Below, in pieces: positions 63,136-64,000 of a stretch of 64,000 bases of DNA. The notes beneath the pieces are model-generated. The model was not told where the DNA came from and ran no database searches. It saw only the letters and a list, made by a program, of their open reading frames with translations. Each line of letters starts with the position of its first letter. Positions within the stretch are counted from its first letter, which is position 1. Origin of the DNA: Asterias rubens (lineage: Eukaryota); contig NC_047062.1 of the NCBI RefSeq assembly GCF_902459465.1, forward strand, positions 15,934,001-15,998,000, in the 5' to 3' direction. The translations under genes were made by a program, and so were the position numbers.

Positions 63136-64000
63136 TGGGAGTGTTCGAACATAGCGCAGTCGGCCAAAAATTACCCCAACAAATTCTGGTACAAACCCTT
63201 ACTGCATAGTGGTTACTTTTAATTTTTGGCTTAATACGGCTGTATAATACTTTTGCACAACAGGACCCTTGATTGTAAACCCTATCTTAGAACCAGCGCT
63301 GTACAGTTGACCTTCATAATCCAAATGCCATCATCAGTGATCGTAATTGTTGCTCTTTAGAGCTTATTGATTATCACAACAGAGAAGCCCTGAAAGACAA
63401 CCTTGTTCCCGCTGTCTGGCATTCAAATACTGCAGTCCAAAACCTTCAAAACTGTGTGTTCCACCCCTCATTGGGTAGGGTGTACAATTCAGTAGTAGTC
63501 CTTGGTTGATTTTCTACCTTCCGCCGAGGAAGTAGTTAATAAGCAGGACAGTTCTTTTCAGAAATGAGAAGTCTCCCGCATTCGGAAAATCTACTCTGTG
63601 ATAGTAGAAGCAAGACAACTTCTCAAAAGAACATAATTTTACCGTCTTACAAGTAGATACACACATGGTGTTACCAAGTATAAGTATACAATTTACTTGA
63701 AGCGAATAAGCTGTGACCAATATCATAGATTTGCCAAAGGGAAGGTTTTGCTTTTATTAAGGTTACCAGCCGTAATTTGCATGATTACTAATAGTTGAAA
63801 CTGGTTTCCTGCCTACTTGTAATTTGAATTAATGTTGATGATCGTCTGTCATTACAATGTTGAATTAAGTTTTTATTTGAGAAAAATAAATATCTTCCTT
63901 ATTCAACTAACCCACCATAAAACAACGGAGGAAAGATCCGAAGCAGAAGGAGAATGGGCCTTCTTTCTTTTGTTCATTTTACAGCAACCATTGGTTGGCA

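Noticed and set aside
62639-63167. Three 150-165 aa repetitive ORFs (FRHPYVPTPLCSDTPM)n
   Set aside because: They are translations of a stop-free 17-bp minisatellite in all three minus frames.
63291-63510. 73-codon ATG-less open frame after a possible acceptor
   Set aside because: It has no recognisable domain, and frames of this length arise by chance in 64 kb.

Overview
AT-rich animal genomic DNA with spliceosomal GT-AG introns. The repeat landscape suggests a marine invertebrate, probably an echinoderm or sea star (inference). No prokaryotic features or CRISPR were found. Four protein-coding genes could be reconstructed by hand. (1) A GH1 lactase-phlorizin-hydrolase-like beta-glycosidase on the minus strand that runs off the left edge. 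(2) A complete 4-exon paralogue on the plus strand, arranged head-to-head with the first, with a signal peptide and a GPI-like tail. (3) A 4-exon SLC16/MCT-like transporter of 437 aa. (4) A 3-coding-exon B4GAT1 of 434 aa with 22.9 kb and 11.7 kb introns. The ORF track misses a rhodopsin-class GPCR TM6-TM7 pseudogene fragment and a tRNA-Phe-derived pseudogene. The rest is a dense mosaic of LINE RT remnants, tRNA-derived SINEs, Kolobok-, Harbinger- and hAT-like MITEs, a Helentron/HINE-like element, palindromic elements and minisatellites. The most interesting signals are dispersed repeats carrying a degenerate hammerhead-ribozyme core with covarying stem II, tandemly duplicated splice acceptors in two neighbouring genes, a GATA-site cluster between the divergent GH1 genes, and an isolated 60-nt intronic hairpin. 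All coordinates were counted by eye; repeat boundaries are approximate.
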